Source: Camelus ferus (lineage: Eukaryota). Taken from it: 64,000 nucleotides of DNA. The translations under genes were made by a program, and so were the position numbers. Of the stretch, positions 1-12,029 are shown piece by piece (positions within the stretch are counted from its first letter, which is position 1; the number at the start of each line of letters is the position of its first letter). The stretch lies in contig NC_045696.1 in assembly GCF_009834535.1 (NCBI RefSeq), positions 93,808,001 through 93,872,000 on the forward strand, in the 5' to 3' direction. The notes beneath the pieces were generated by a model. That model had not been told where the DNA came from and did not search any database. It was given only the letters and a program-made list of their open reading frames with translations.

Positions 1-1215
1 ACTCATTTTGTGTATACTTTGCAGTATTTTTACACCCTTACTCATATGAGTAGTCCAGTCATCTAGTGTTGTAGAAGAGAGTTTTTATTTTGCCTCAAAG
101 ATAGAACAGAAAGATTCCCATTAATCTTCAGGTACTGACTTAGGTAAGGAGAGTTGAAAGAAAGTTTTATAGACCATTTTATCAACCCTTTGTTGTAAGT
201 TTGTGCTCTATCTGTAAAGCTCTGACTCACTCGCTATAATCCTTGTAGATTATCCCAGTATAACTTGATTTCTGGGTAGTTTGTTAGATTATTTAGTTAG
301 TGCTGTTGAGCCCAAGTTGTGGCTTAGTCCAAGACATGTACCTTCTAATCAGTTATCGGGATAACTTGATTGGGGACCCAGCAAGACTGAGGTTTTCCCA
401 CGCAGACCTATCACCAATGGATACTGATTCAAAAAGTATTCACTGTGGTAAATGATTCGGCACACTTTTATATATGAATAGTAAACATGCTAGGACTTAG
501 GTTTGATCCTGAAACAATCATGGAAATAAAGTAAATGTAATGAAATACTACATTGGATCTAATTGCTTTACTTGCACTATCCTAATGGGAAAATTGACTG
601 TGGAGTTAGTGTTTCAATTCAAATGGAAAACAGTCCCTTTAGGCTCCATAGATATAAATTTCTTTAGCGAAGCCTAATGAGATTGATAATTATTTTGAAG
701 ACCAGAGCAAAATATACTACCCTCTTTATTTAGTTTCTACAGGTATGTTTTGTAATAGATAATGGGCCTTTGTAGACTCATGACAGAAATAGCTAAGACT
801 TCTAGAATTTATTTTTGCTCCTATAGGAAAAGGGCCTCTTCCTTCTGCTATAATAGCAGAAGCCCATAGAAATACTTATTCTGCTTGAAAATGCATGAAA
901 TGCTTCACCTCTTCACTTCTGTCCGTAACATTGTCCAGGGAATAGTATTCAGATCACTAGATGCAAACAGTAAAAAAAGTTTCCAGCATTTCTCTGAGAA
1001 CTCAATAAGTAGCACATACCTAAAAGTTTTTTAAGTAACATAGATTAATGGCAGGATTTGTTACATAAAATGCTCACAAGGCACAGAGAGTAACCTAAGT
1101 TTACTGCTGTTAAGTGAGCATGGCAGTCTGGAATCTGTAAAACAGAAATAGGGAACCAAGTTATTGGTAGGTGGAAGCAATATTGCATTTTTAAAACTAA
1201 GACTTAGCGGGTTTA

Positions 1216-2071
1216 GCTCAATATCACTAATTATCAGAGAAATGCAAATCAAAACTACAATGAGGTATCACCTCACACCAGTCAGAATGGCCGTCATTCA
1301 AAAATCCACAAATGACAAATGCTGGAGAGGCTGTGGAGAAAGGGGAACCCTCCTACACTGCTGGTGGGAATGCAGTTTGGTGCAGCCACTATGGAAAACA
1401 GTGTGGAGATTCCTCAGAAGACTAGGAATACACTTACCATATGACCCAGGAATCCCACTCCTGGGCTTGTATCCAGAGGGAAATCTACTTCAGGATGACA
1501 CCTGCACCCCAATGTTCATAGCAGCACTATTTACAATAGCCAAAACATGGAAACAGCCTAAATGTCCATCAACAGGTGACTAGATAAGGAAGATGTGGTA
1601 TATTTATACAATGGAATACTACTCAGTTATAAAAAATAATAAAATAATGCCATTTGCACGAACATGGATGGACCTGGAGAATGTCATTCTAAGTGAAGTA
1701 AGCCAGAAAGAGAAAGAAAAATACCATATGAGATCGCTCATATGTGGAATCTAAAAAACAAAAACAAAAACAAACAAACAAAAACAAAGCGTAAATAAAG
1801 GACAGAAATAGACTCACAGACAGAGAATACAGACTTGTGGTTACCAGGGGGGTGGAGGGTGGGAAGGGATAGCCTGGGATTTCAAAATTGTAGAATAGAC
1901 TACACTGTATAGCACAGGGAAATATACACAAAATGTTATGATAACTCACAGAGAAAAAAATGTGACAATGAGTGTGTATATGTCCATGAATAACTGAAAA
2001 ATTGTGCTGAACACTGGAATTTGACACAACATTGTAAAATTATAAATCAATAAAAAATGTTAAAAAAAAAA
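1216..2071 (+). mobile_element. 5'-truncated young LINE-1 (ORF2 C-terminus, 3'UTR, poly-A) with 17-bp TSD
   Basis: ORF2 motif [17 protein letters not shown]...[18 protein letters not shown] (CCHC); poly-A tail; TSD aagacttagcgggttta at 1199-1215 and 2072-2088. Confidence 0.97.
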
Positions 2072-2270
2072 AAGACTTAGCGGGTTTAAGGTTATTCAAA
2101 ACAGATGGGGAGAAGGAATATATCATTAATAAAAATAAAGTAATAATTAAGTAAATTAGTTATGATGTGTCTTGTAAGAAATAGATACTGGCTACTTTCA
2201 CTACCTGCTCTTTTCTCTGGAGTTCTTAAAAAGTCGCTGATAATACTGCATCCCCCCCTTCTTTTTTAAG

Positions 2271-2388
2271 AGTTCAACCTGGTCATTGCTATCATCTGTA
2301 TAATGGTCTTAGAGCCAGCCTTCTAGATGACTATCAGCTGCCAGAAATTTTGAGAACACCTTTGGAAGAACTTTGTTTACAAATAAAG
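2271..2388 (+). CDS. DHX36: DHX36 coding exon (10th from 3' end); helicase RecA2 end / WH region
   Basis: ttttaag|A GTT CAA CCT...CAA ATA AAG|gtaaat; encodes (R)[39 protein letters not shown], recognised as DHX36. Confidence 0.97.
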
Positions 2389-2522
2389 GTAAATTAGGTG
2401 GGAGAGTTAAAGTAAATAGGAATGGGGTTCTAATTTTCAACATCTTTTATTGAAGAAAGTAGTATATTAATCTTCTGGAAAGAATTTTTACCACGCATTT
2501 GTTTTTTTTGTGTCTGTCTGTA

Positions 2523-2848
2523 TAGTTGACCCTTGAGCAACATTGGTCCTAGTAAGGGCACTGCCCCCCCGCCCTCCCTCTACAGTGGAAAACCCCTTAC
2601 TGCCTTCTCTGCCTCAGAATACAAAAAGAATTGTTAAATGATTCACCCAAGGGGAGGTACTTGGAACAGTTAAGATAGAATAAGGACTCAGACCCTAGTT
2701 CTTTTAATTCTACAGGTTGTGATGTCTCATCAGATAGAAACTTTTCCCCACAAAGACCTGTAAAATGAAAATACAAGTACTATATCTATCGAAAAATATC
2801 CACATATAAGTGGACTCACACAGTTCAACCCTGTTCAGGGGTCAATTG
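2523..2848. mobile_element. Tigger2-type (TcMar) non-autonomous DNA transposon relic
   Basis: Terminal inverted repeats tagttgacccttgagcaaca / ctgttcaggggtcaattg, flanked by TA and TG. Confidence 0.65.
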
Positions 2849-2899
2849 TGAACTGTTTTTAAGCTTCCTTTATATGTTTATTAAACAGTTCTTAGTCAC

Positions 2900-3060
2900 A
2901 TGTACTGCTTTGGAGCCGGACGCTCGTGTCTGAATCCCAGCTCCTCCAGTGGCAAGCTAGGTCTGTTACATTGGGCAAGTTATTTAAATTGACCTCATAA
3001 AATTCTTGTAACAGTTCCTGGCACATAGTAAGAATTCAGTCAATGTTAGCTATGGTTATT
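2900..3060 (+). mobile_element. MIR SINE fragment
   Basis: ctttggagcc...gaatcccagctc...ttgggcaagttatttaa...cctggcacatagtaag...aatgttagctat; MIR core and tail motifs. Confidence 0.7.
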
Positions 3061-3407
3061 ACATCTTAAGATGTTATCCCATATTCTAAACTACTTATCA
3101 TTTTTGGGGCATCTTTTGTTTTTTGCTATAATTAACCTTACCTTGAAGATAATTGTTAGTCAACTTGTTTGTTGAGATTTTAACTGTCACCTTATCTTCT
3201 CATTAATAGAGTTGGTGGGTGTTAGAAGGTAGTATATTGGCTTTTAAACATGTTTTTATAGAATCATAAATTTAATTTTAACTTACTGTGTAAAATAGCT
3301 AACTTGAAAATCATGTATAGGTTTGATGCTTTATTTGAGTGAGTGACACAGGCAGGACCAAACAGCTATGTCAGTATATGTGTGTAATTACATTTTTTTC
3401 CCCTCAG

Positions 3408-3506
3408 ATTTTAAGGCTTGGTGGGATTGCTTACTTTCTGAGTAGGCTAATGGATCCACCATCAAATGAAGCAGTGTCACTCTCCATAAATCATCTGATG
3501 GAACTG
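3408..3506 (+). CDS. DHX36: DHX36 coding exon (9th from 3' end)
   Basis: ccctcag|ATT...CTG|gtaaat; 99 nt, ILRLGGIAYFLSRLMDPPSNEAVSLSINHLMEL. Confidence 0.97.
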
Positions 3507-4171
3507 GTAAATTTGATTTTTTTTCTTTTATTCTAACTTAGATTTAGAGGGTTAAGAGTATGTAAGCCAGCTAGCTATAAAATTTACTTTCATTACTGCA
3601 AGGTGGACCAGTGAGTATGCAGTGACAAATTTGATTAACTGTTTGCCTGTTCGCTCAGAGTATGAATAAAAAAGTAGAAAGTTATAAAATGATACCTTTG
3701 TGATATTTATCATACTGGGCTCTTGCCATACAGTTGGTTTTCCTTGTAGGCCTGATTTAAAATTATATAAGATTTTGAAATCTTTTAATTACTGGTCATC
3801 TTCATTTGTATTTTTGAAATGAATTTAGTTGGTTTATTTCACTCTTTCTGATAACCATGTTTTTAGAGCTTTTGTCAAATCCAAGTAGCTTAATGACAGT
3901 ATGGACGTCATATAAAGGCAACATTTATTTTTGAAAGAATACTAGCAGATGGCTTTTCTCCAAAATATCATTTCCCCATGCCTGTTATTTTTTTCTTACA
4001 GCTTTTTTTCCTTAGTTCCTTTTATGAAGTCAGTGTTTTGAGAAACTAGTTTCAGTGTCTTAGTCAAGTGACCACTTACTTGGTAGCCATCCCTGCACAA
4101 GACCATGTTAAGAAGAGGCACGGGACTGGCTGTGAGTTGGTACCCAGAGTGGAGAGGAATACAGGTTAGAG

Positions 4172-4368
4172 CTGTGCTGTCCAGTGTATAACCACCAGCC
4201 ACATGTGACTATTTAAATTTAAATTTTTAATTAAATTGCAAATTCAGTATTTCAGTCATACTCGAACATTTTAGATGCTTAATAGGCACATGTGGCTAGT
4301 GGCTACCCATGTGGACAGTGCAGGAATAGACTTTCTGTCAACACTACAGGTTCTGTTGATGAGTGCTG
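4172..4368. mobile_element. MER3/MER33-like hAT-Charlie MITE
   Basis: ctgtgctgtccagt...ccacatgtgactatttaaattt...cacatgtggctagtggctac internal palindromic structure. Confidence 0.7.
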
Positions 4369-4717
4369 GGTTAGAGGATGCCAGAGATGTATTTTATATA
4401 TTAGTTTTATTTGAGCCATCCACATAGATAATTTTGAGAATTTGGCCAATGAAAAAGCATTGTAACATATCTTACCATCTTTGTTAGAAATTGGAATAGA
4501 TTTAGAGACGTTACTGGAATTTTAGGGAGTAGTGTGGTTTTACTACTGACCTCTTTTTGCCTCCAGACTTTTATCTAATAGAATATAATGGTAGAAAGCT
4601 AGGTGGTGATCAGAAAATCAACTCATTATTTGTGGTAGACAGATGACCAGAGGACAGATGGACCCTGAAGCCTGAGTTGGATGACTTTTGTCCCAGCTGA
4701 ATTTAAGAGCCAGTCTT

Positions 4718-4876
4718 GGGGGCAGGGTGTAGCTCCAGTGGTAGAATGCATGCTCAGTACTCACAAGGTCCTGGGTTCAATCCCCAGTACGTCCTCCAAG
4801 AATAAATAAGTAAATGTAATTTCTCCCCCCCCCAAAAAAAACAAATACAATAAATAAATGAAAAAAAAAAAAAAAA
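4718..4876 (+). mobile_element. tRNA-derived SINE (camelid Vic-1-like) with 13-bp TSD
   Basis: A-box tagctccagtgg and B-box gggttcaatccc; A-rich tail; TSD aagagccagtctt at 4705-4717 and 4877-4889. Confidence 0.92.
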
Positions 4877-4959
4877 AAGAGCCAGTCTTCACTTAGCCAT
4901 TTCCAGGCAACAAAACTGAAAAGACCCAGCAAGTCAACAGTAGGGGCTGAAGCCCATGT

Positions 4960-6062
4960 TTTTGAAACACTTTTTATTGTGAAATACAGCATTGCCCATC
5001 CAAGATAAAAGAGCAGAACAGAAATGTCCAGCTTAATGATTTATCACAAAGTGAGCGCCACTTATTTTCATTCTTGTCAAGAAGAAAGATCATTTCCAGT
5101 ATCATAAAGGCCCACTTCCTACCCTCTCCCAGTCACTCCAGTGTTACTCAGTCCCCAAAATAATCCCTATCATGACTTGTCTTGCTTGTTTTTCTTGATG
5201 GTTTTGCCATACCAGTATACATCTATGAAAAGCTAAGTTTAATTTGGCCTATTGTGAACTTTACATGAACTCATGCAGAATGTGGTGGGGGTTTTTTGTT
5301 TGTTGTCTTTTTGATTTTTGGTAGGTTTTTTTTTTTTTGGAGGAATGGGGTTCTGGGTTCTTTCTCTGAACATTGAGAGATTCATGTGCATTATTGCTTT
5401 TAGCTATAGTTCGTTTGTTTTCATTTCTTTTCTGTATTTTGTTAGATGACTACTGAAAGGCATTTTGGTTCTTTCCATGTTGAGGCTATTATATGTAGTG
5501 CTGGTGTGAATATTCTTCAGTATTCAGTATTTCTCCAAAGTCGTCAAAACTACTTACACTCCTACCAGTGCTAGTGGGTAGGTAAGAGTTCTCATTGCTC
5601 TGTAGTGTGAGCAACTCTTAGTAGTCTTTTATTCTAAGCATGCTGGTTGGTGTGTAGTAGTTTTGTGGTGTAAATTTGTATTATCATGACTACTAGTGGA
5701 TTTGTAGGTTAACTTTCCATGTTTGTTGCCCATTTGTATAGTCTCATTTATAAATTATGGATGCCTGTTTTCCCCTTATGTTGTAGGAGATCATTATGTA
5801 TTTTTGTGTACTCTTGATCTGAGCCTTTTGTTAACTGTGTATTACACATGTGTACACTTTTTTACCTTTTCACTTTTTAAAAGTGTTCTGACAAATCCTT
5901 GTAATTTTAATGTAATCAAATGTATCAGACAATTTCTTTATTGTTACTGCTTTTTGTCCTTTAGTAAGTAACAGTTGTCTGCCCTGGAGTCATGAAGATA
6001 TATTGTTTTAACTTTATTGTTTTCTTTTTTATACTTATATATATAATCCATCTGCATCTTGA

Positions 6063-6097
<35 letters not shown>

Positions 6098-7200
6098 GTG
6101 AGGTAGGAAACAGTTTTCAGATCTGTAATCAGTTGACTGAAACCATTTATAGGAAAGTTCTTCCTTTCTCTTTGTTCCACAGCCACTGCCATAGATCAAG
6201 TGTCTGTGGATGTCTGTGTCTGTTTGTAGGTTCTGCTCTGTTCTCTTGGTGTGTATTTCTGTCCTGAGCTGGTGCCACACTGCCTTAATTACAGGACGGA
6301 GTCTTACCAAACAAGAACATGATCTCTCCCATTGATTTAATCTCTCTTGATGTTTCAGTGTTTTCTGTGTGGGGTTTTATAAAACTTTTTGAAAGATTTA
6401 TTTCTTGGTTATGGTATTTTTGGATTCTATTCTAATTCAAAAATTTTTCATTTTCTTGTGAGTCTTGATATACAGAAATGAAGTTGGTTTTGAATGTTGT
6501 CCTTTTATTCATCAAGGCTGTGAAACTCACTTATTCTGAGAACTATATTTAGACTTCTCTTTCTTCGTACACAGTCACATCTGTAAATAATTGCAGTTTT
6601 ATTTATTCCTTTCCAACTATCGTCCAGGATCCCCAGTACAGTGTTGAGCAGAAGTGATATAATACTGTGTATTCTTGTGTTCTTATTCTCATAGAGAAGG
6701 CTGTCAATAGTTAATTAAGCATTTTTTGAAGGTTTTTTTGTAGAAACTGTCATATTAAGGAAATTTCTTGGTTTACTAAGGGATTTTTTATTATGCATGA
6801 ATAATTGATTTTATCAAATACCTTCTCTGCTGCCAATGAGAGTATATGATTATGCTGTTTTTCATGTTTAATTTATAATGTATTGAACTACATTAATTTT
6901 TCAAATGTTAAGCCAACTTTCATTCCTGAAACTAACTTGCTGGGAGTCGATTTGCCATTATTTTGTTTTGGGTTTCTCATGTGTAAGATGATTCAGTTTT
7001 CCTTTCTCCAAATGTCTCTGTCAGGTAAGTACCAGGATTATGCTGGGCTCAGAAAACAACTTTCTTCTTTTTCTGTTCTCTGAAAGAGGTTTTGCAAAAT
7101 TGGAGTTATTACCTTCATAAACATTTAGAAGTCTGTGTGTGATGGAATATATATGTTACATTTTTTATTATTTTGTTGTTCAAATCTTGTTATTTTGAAT
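4960..7200 (-). mobile_element. Ancient L1M (L1MC/ME-like) fragments, antisense, boundaries approximate
   Basis: Long T-rich degenerate L1 3'UTR/ORF2-like sequence without an open frame. Confidence 0.6.
6065..6095. repeat. (TG)15 microsatellite
   Basis: Direct read. Confidence 0.95.
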
Positions 7201-7918
7201 GTGTACTGGACATTGTATTTACAAAGGTCTTTGTAGATAAAAAGCCTGGAACTTGGGGTGATGATAACGTCCTCCAGAGAGGATCTGTGTTGCTGCTACG
7301 GGGAAGAGTAGCCCCAACGTTGGGCTCACCTCCCTGGACTTCTGTCTCTCCCCACATCCTAGACTTGTAGTTCTTACAATTCTTTTGTAACTCCTCAGTG
7401 TCTTCAAGAAGCAGCTTTTCTAGCTGTGCTCAGTGGGATGACTGGATCAAATTACCCTGGTCATCAGAGCAGATGTCACCCCCATTGGGGGGGTTGTGGT
7501 TCTAGCTACATCTTTCGTCTCTTGCCCTCCTGTCCCATGTCTCCTAAAGTACTAGAATTGAGGGCTCTGCATTGTGAGTTTCCTGTGTATAATGATGTCT
7601 CATTTTTTGTTTTATTTTTCCCACAACTCTTGTACTTGGTGATTTTCTTTACCTGATTGAAATCTTGATAATGTGTTGGTCTCTCATTTCTCTCCTAGCA
7701 TTTATAGTAAAGCTGAGTTGTGGATTAATTTTGTTATTGTTTAAATAAGTTTCTAACCTTTGCTGACCTCCAAACCTACGTTTTGATGAAGAAAATCAAA
7801 GCTAAACAATATTAGGGCATTTGGACTTAAGAGAGTGAGGAGTGCCCTGTTTTTTATAAACAAACTAAAATGTGATGCCTTACAATGTCTGTTTTAAATA
7901 TAAACTCTTACTTTACAG

Positions 7919-8092
7919 AATGCTCTGGATAAACAGGAAGAATTGACACCTCTTGGAATCCACTTAGCACGATTACCAGTTGAGCCACACATTGGGAAAA
8001 TGATTCTTTTCGGAGCTCTGTTCTGTTGCTTAGACCCAGTACTCACCATTGCTGCTAGTCTCAGCTTCAAAGATCCTTTTGTGATTCCATTG
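7919..8092 (+). CDS. DHX36: DHX36 coding exon (8th from 3' end), HA2 domain
   Basis: tttacag|AAT...TTG|gtaaga; 174 nt, [58 protein letters not shown]. Confidence 0.97.
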
Positions 8093-8241
8093 GTAAGAAA
8101 GATACCCGTAAAAGGCTAAGGTATTTTTAGATATGCAGGATAGTTGTTTGCTTGGGTACATTTTTTGTTAGCTTTTTATTAGAATGCAATTCTCTGTTAT
8201 ATACCATAAGAGCAATTTAAGCTGCCTTCATTTGTTTTAAG

Positions 8242-8328
8242 GGAAAAGAAAAAGTTGCAGATGCAAGAAGAAAGGAATTGGCAAAGGATACTAAAAGTGA
8301 CCACCTGACAGTCGTGAATGCATTTGAG
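8242..8328 (+). CDS. DHX36: DHX36 coding exon (7th from 3' end)
   Basis: ttttaag|GGA...GAG|gtaaaa; 87 nt, GKEKVADARRKELAKDTKSDHLTVVNAFE. Confidence 0.97.
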
Positions 8329-9269
8329 GTAAAAGGAATATATTTCACTTTTTAAAACAAGTTTAATCATCAGAAATAAACTGTCAAATGAGAATGTTTA
8401 AAATTAGGTGAACATTTGAAAAAAATTGCACATCATTTTTTAATTTTGTGGTAGCTTATTACATTTACCCTTTTGGAAAAAATTGATAACAATTTTGTGT
8501 TTTGATAACAATAGAACAAGTGAACAACTTGGTTTAAAATTTTATTTGCTATTATTCATTTGTGTCTGTCTTAACTGGCATTCATGACAGAAGATCCCTT
8601 TCTGTTCATCAATAAACTATACCTGTATTTGGATTTAATGTTTTGATAGAGTATCACACTCATGTACACTGTGCAGGATAGAGAGACATCTCTTAAAGTC
8701 AGGCTTATTGAAAGTAAACATTGATCATCCATCTTTGCAACATTTAAATGTAATTTGGTGTATAGGGACGGTATCTTTTTACTGTAGTTCTAGGCTCAGT
8801 TTTTTACTACCTATTATGGGAAAGTTTGTATATATTTTTTTCCTTTGAGCTTATTGGGTATTTTCTCATCTTCCCTCCTCTTCTAGCTTAAAACAAAACA
8901 AAACAAAAATGTATTTGTGAAGTTGAAAATATATAATAGCAATGAGATTTGTTCAACAGAGTTCTTTTTGTTTAATACATGCAGAATGATGCCATTTTAT
9001 GTAAAGTGCAGAAAATAGTACTGTGTAACTTGTGCTCATTTGTATAAAGAAAGGTCTGCAAGTTCCGTTTCAGTTATCTCTTAATGACTAGGATTATGAG
9101 GAGTTTATGTTTTTTTAGTTTGCTAATTTCAAAATTCTTTTAATTTTTTACCAAAGAGAGTGAAATATCAGTAGAAGATTAAATTATTACCAAAATAAAG
9201 ACAAACTACTGAGTCGTCTTTGCTTTGCAGAACAAAATCAATACTGTTCTTCATTTCTTTGCCCCATAG

Positions 9270-9353
9270 GGCTGGGAAGAAGCTAGACAACGTGGTTTCA
9301 GATATGAAAAAGACTATTGCTGGGAGTATTTTCTGTCTTCAAACACACTGCAG
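9270..9353 (+). CDS. DHX36: DHX36 coding exon (6th from 3' end)
   Basis: cccatag|GGC...CAG|gtaatg; 84 nt, GWEEARQRGFRYEKDYCWEYFLSSNTLQ. Confidence 0.97.
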
Positions 9354-9719
9354 GTAATGGTGAATGTTTTGAAGTGATTCTCATATATGTTGGATTAGAG
9401 GATATATGTATCCATTTTGTGTAGTCAGATCTGTAGCAAAAAGTTAATTATGTGAGTTTGTCTAATGAAGTTGTATTATTATATAGAATAATAGAAGGAA
9501 TCTTTATTAAATCAACTACAACAAAATAAGAAAAGATACATAACATAATAAAAAACTAATGGTTAAGAAAAGACATGAGTCCAGGGTTTAGCAGGAAAAC
9601 ACAGAGAGGCTTGTTTATTGTTCCTGTACCCACCCTTTAGTTGCCATTTTAATGATTCATTCTGAAATTTTTCACTAATACTCCTAACATCTATTTTAAA
9701 ATATCAAGGCGGATGTCTT

Positions 9720-10900
9720 TTCTTTAACTTTTGAGTAGGTATTTTTTTAATCTTTAACTGACTTAGTATATAGCAAGAAAACACTGAACAGGAGGCATTG
9801 ATGAAACAGAAGAAAGTAAACAATGTAAGCAGCGCAGGTGCACACCAGACTTCAGACTCATTGAACTGGTGGAGAAGTGATCTCAAGGCAGTGGGTGTCA
9901 GAATATCCTCCGTCTACCCCGTTACAGGTACACTCCAGCTACATGGCGTGAACCCTCTACTGGACACGTAACACATCTCTGGGGGGTAAAAGAATCCAGA
10001 ATCTAGCATATTTAACCAAAAGTGCCCAAACAGTAACAAAATGAAAAGAAGGGTCATGACTACTTTGAAAGATGATACAGACAATGGAAAAAAAGAATAG
10101 AACCCGACATACCTCAACAGAAAATATAACTTCATAGTAAGGAACAATTTAAGAATGTGAGTTCAGTAAAACAAAGAAAATAAACCAATAGAATGAATGA
10201 AAAGACTGCTGAGCTAAGAAGACAAATTGAAGACCAAAGAAGACTTTTAAAGCAAAATACTGCCATAGAAGAAAGGCTTGAGATAATCACAGTTTATAGA
10301 TGCAGCCACAAAGCAGGAAGACAGGACTGACCCATCATGAAGTTAATAGGAGTCTCTGCATAGCAAATTTAAGTGTAATTGACTATGTATTCAGAGATAT
10401 GTGGAAGAACATTTTTCCTGAAATAGAAAAAAATGAAGTGAACTACAGTATGAAAAGATAGCTAAATCCAAGTGTTATTTGAGAATATTATGTCCAGGCA
10501 AGATATTAATTCCAAGTATGAAGAAAAATGACAGGCATTCAAGAAAGCACTGGAAATACCGCACCCATAAGCTAAGACTGAAGTGTGGCCTGCTGAGAGA
10601 GGATTCAAAAAGAATTCAGGAGTGGAGAGCACATGCTTAGTCAGCTGGGGGTGTACACTGAGATGATTCAAATACAGAAAAAATATAAAGAGTATTGGGC
10701 ATTACAGATACAGAATAGGTTGTAATGGTTATTAATCCTGAACAATGTAAAATAATGGTAATAAAAATCAGGAGGTGGACTAGAGAGTCAGTTTTAAGAG
10801 AAATTAGGTGGGGAAACTAAAGTCACAATTCGTGAAACAGGTGTATACTTAAGTATGACCAACTTTATGTTTCATAATCTCTTAAGCTCATAAGGATCCT
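9720..10900 (+). mobile_element. Degenerate L1/HAL1 ORF1-region fragment (approximate)
   Basis: A-rich, sense-oriented block inside an otherwise T-rich intron, resembling a decayed L1 ORF1 region. Confidence 0.4.
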
Positions 10901-11414
10901 TTGTTAAGTATCTTTTGTGATTATAAAAATATGTCAGCTAGTTCTGTTTCATTTCTATTTAACTTTCTTCTTTAAAATTAACTTTAATACTTTCATAAAA
11001 ATAGTTTCTGTTCTATTATCCCATTTTTAGGATAGGATTTCTGCCTAATTGTTTTGTCAGTCTATATGCATAATAAGTGTCTGCAATATTATTTACTTAA
11101 TTTCTGACAGTATTGAGTGTAGGGAAGTTTCTTCTTTTGTATTTTTCTGTGTTACATGAATGCTTACTATAATGAGCCATGTGTCATTTTTACCCAAATA
11201 GTGATTTTTCTTAAAAAATGAACAAAGCAAGAGACAGGTCTTAAGTATTTGTGCCAGGATGGAAGAGTAGTTAATTCTCAGTAGTACCTATATAGATGCT
11301 GTTTATTTTCTTTATGCTTTTCTGTATTTTTTTCAAAATACAAGGTGGTAAGCAATTTTGAAAATTAGTCTTTTTGCAAAATGGAGTAAAAATCATTAAA
11401 TATTCAGTTAGTCC

Positions 11415-11601
11415 CTACATCAGGCAGGCCTTTTCTGTAAAAGCTCAGACAGTAAATATGGTCTGTGTTGGAACACTCACCTGTGTCATTACAGTGCAAA
11501 AGCAACTGTAGATAATACATAGATGAATGAGTGGCTTTGTTCCAGTGAAACTTTATTGACAAAAACAAGGTTTTATAAATCTTGTAGTTTACCAGCCCCT
11601 G
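11415..11601 (+). mobile_element. MER58A-like hAT-Charlie MITE
   Basis: ttttctgtaaa..cagacagtaaatat...gtggctttgttccagtgaaactttattgacaaaaaca...tagtttaccagcccctg. Confidence 0.75.
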
Positions 11602-11743
11602 CTCCAAGATAATCACATTTTTGCAGAACTTTTATAAAGCAGAGAAAGCTTATAGCTAAATTTATTTATGAGTACATGCTTTATAACCCCTATAAATCTG
11701 TGTGAAAGGTATTCTAGTTCTGTCTGTTACCATTGCTCCCTAG

Positions 11744-11843
11744 ATGCTGCATAACATGAAAGGGCAGTTTGCTGAGCATCTTCTTGGAGCTGGATTTGTA
11801 AGCAGTAGAAATCCTAAAGATCCAAAATCTAATATAAATTCAG
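11744..11843 (+). CDS. DHX36: DHX36 coding exon (5th from 3' end)
   Basis: ctccctag|ATG...TCA G|gtaaag; 100 nt, MLHNMKGQFAEHLLGAGFVSSRNPKDPKSNINS. Confidence 0.97.
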
Positions 11844-11938
11844 GTAAAGCAGAAAATACAGTGTAAGTAAACTTGCTGCTGTTGTCAGTTGTGTCAGTAT
11901 TTTACTTTTTTTTTCCTCTACCTTCCCACCCCCAATAG

Positions 11939-12029
11939 ATAATGAGAAGATAATTAAAGCTGTCATCTGTGCTGGTTTATATCCCAAAGTTGCTAAAATC
12001 CGACTAAATCTGGGTAAAAAAAGAAAAAT
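11939..12029 (+). CDS. DHX36: DHX36 coding exon (4th from 3' end), after a 95-nt intron
   Basis: ccaatag|AT AAT...AAA AT|gtaagc; 91 nt, (D)NEKIIKAVICAGLYPKVAKIRLNLGKKRK(M). Confidence 0.97.

Noticed and set aside
1164..1583. 139-aa ORF with a CCHC motif
   Set aside because: Fragment of the 5'-truncated L1 ORF2 fused to flank, ending at a premature stop; not a host gene.
4718..4800. tRNA-like sequence (also at 37877-37950)
   Set aside because: Followed by an A-rich tail and flanked by TSDs: a SINE head, not a tRNA gene.
7015..7030. Strong donor-like CAG|GTAAGT in a DHX36 intron
   Set aside because: Within decayed L1 sequence; I could not pair it with a convincing acceptor and frame.
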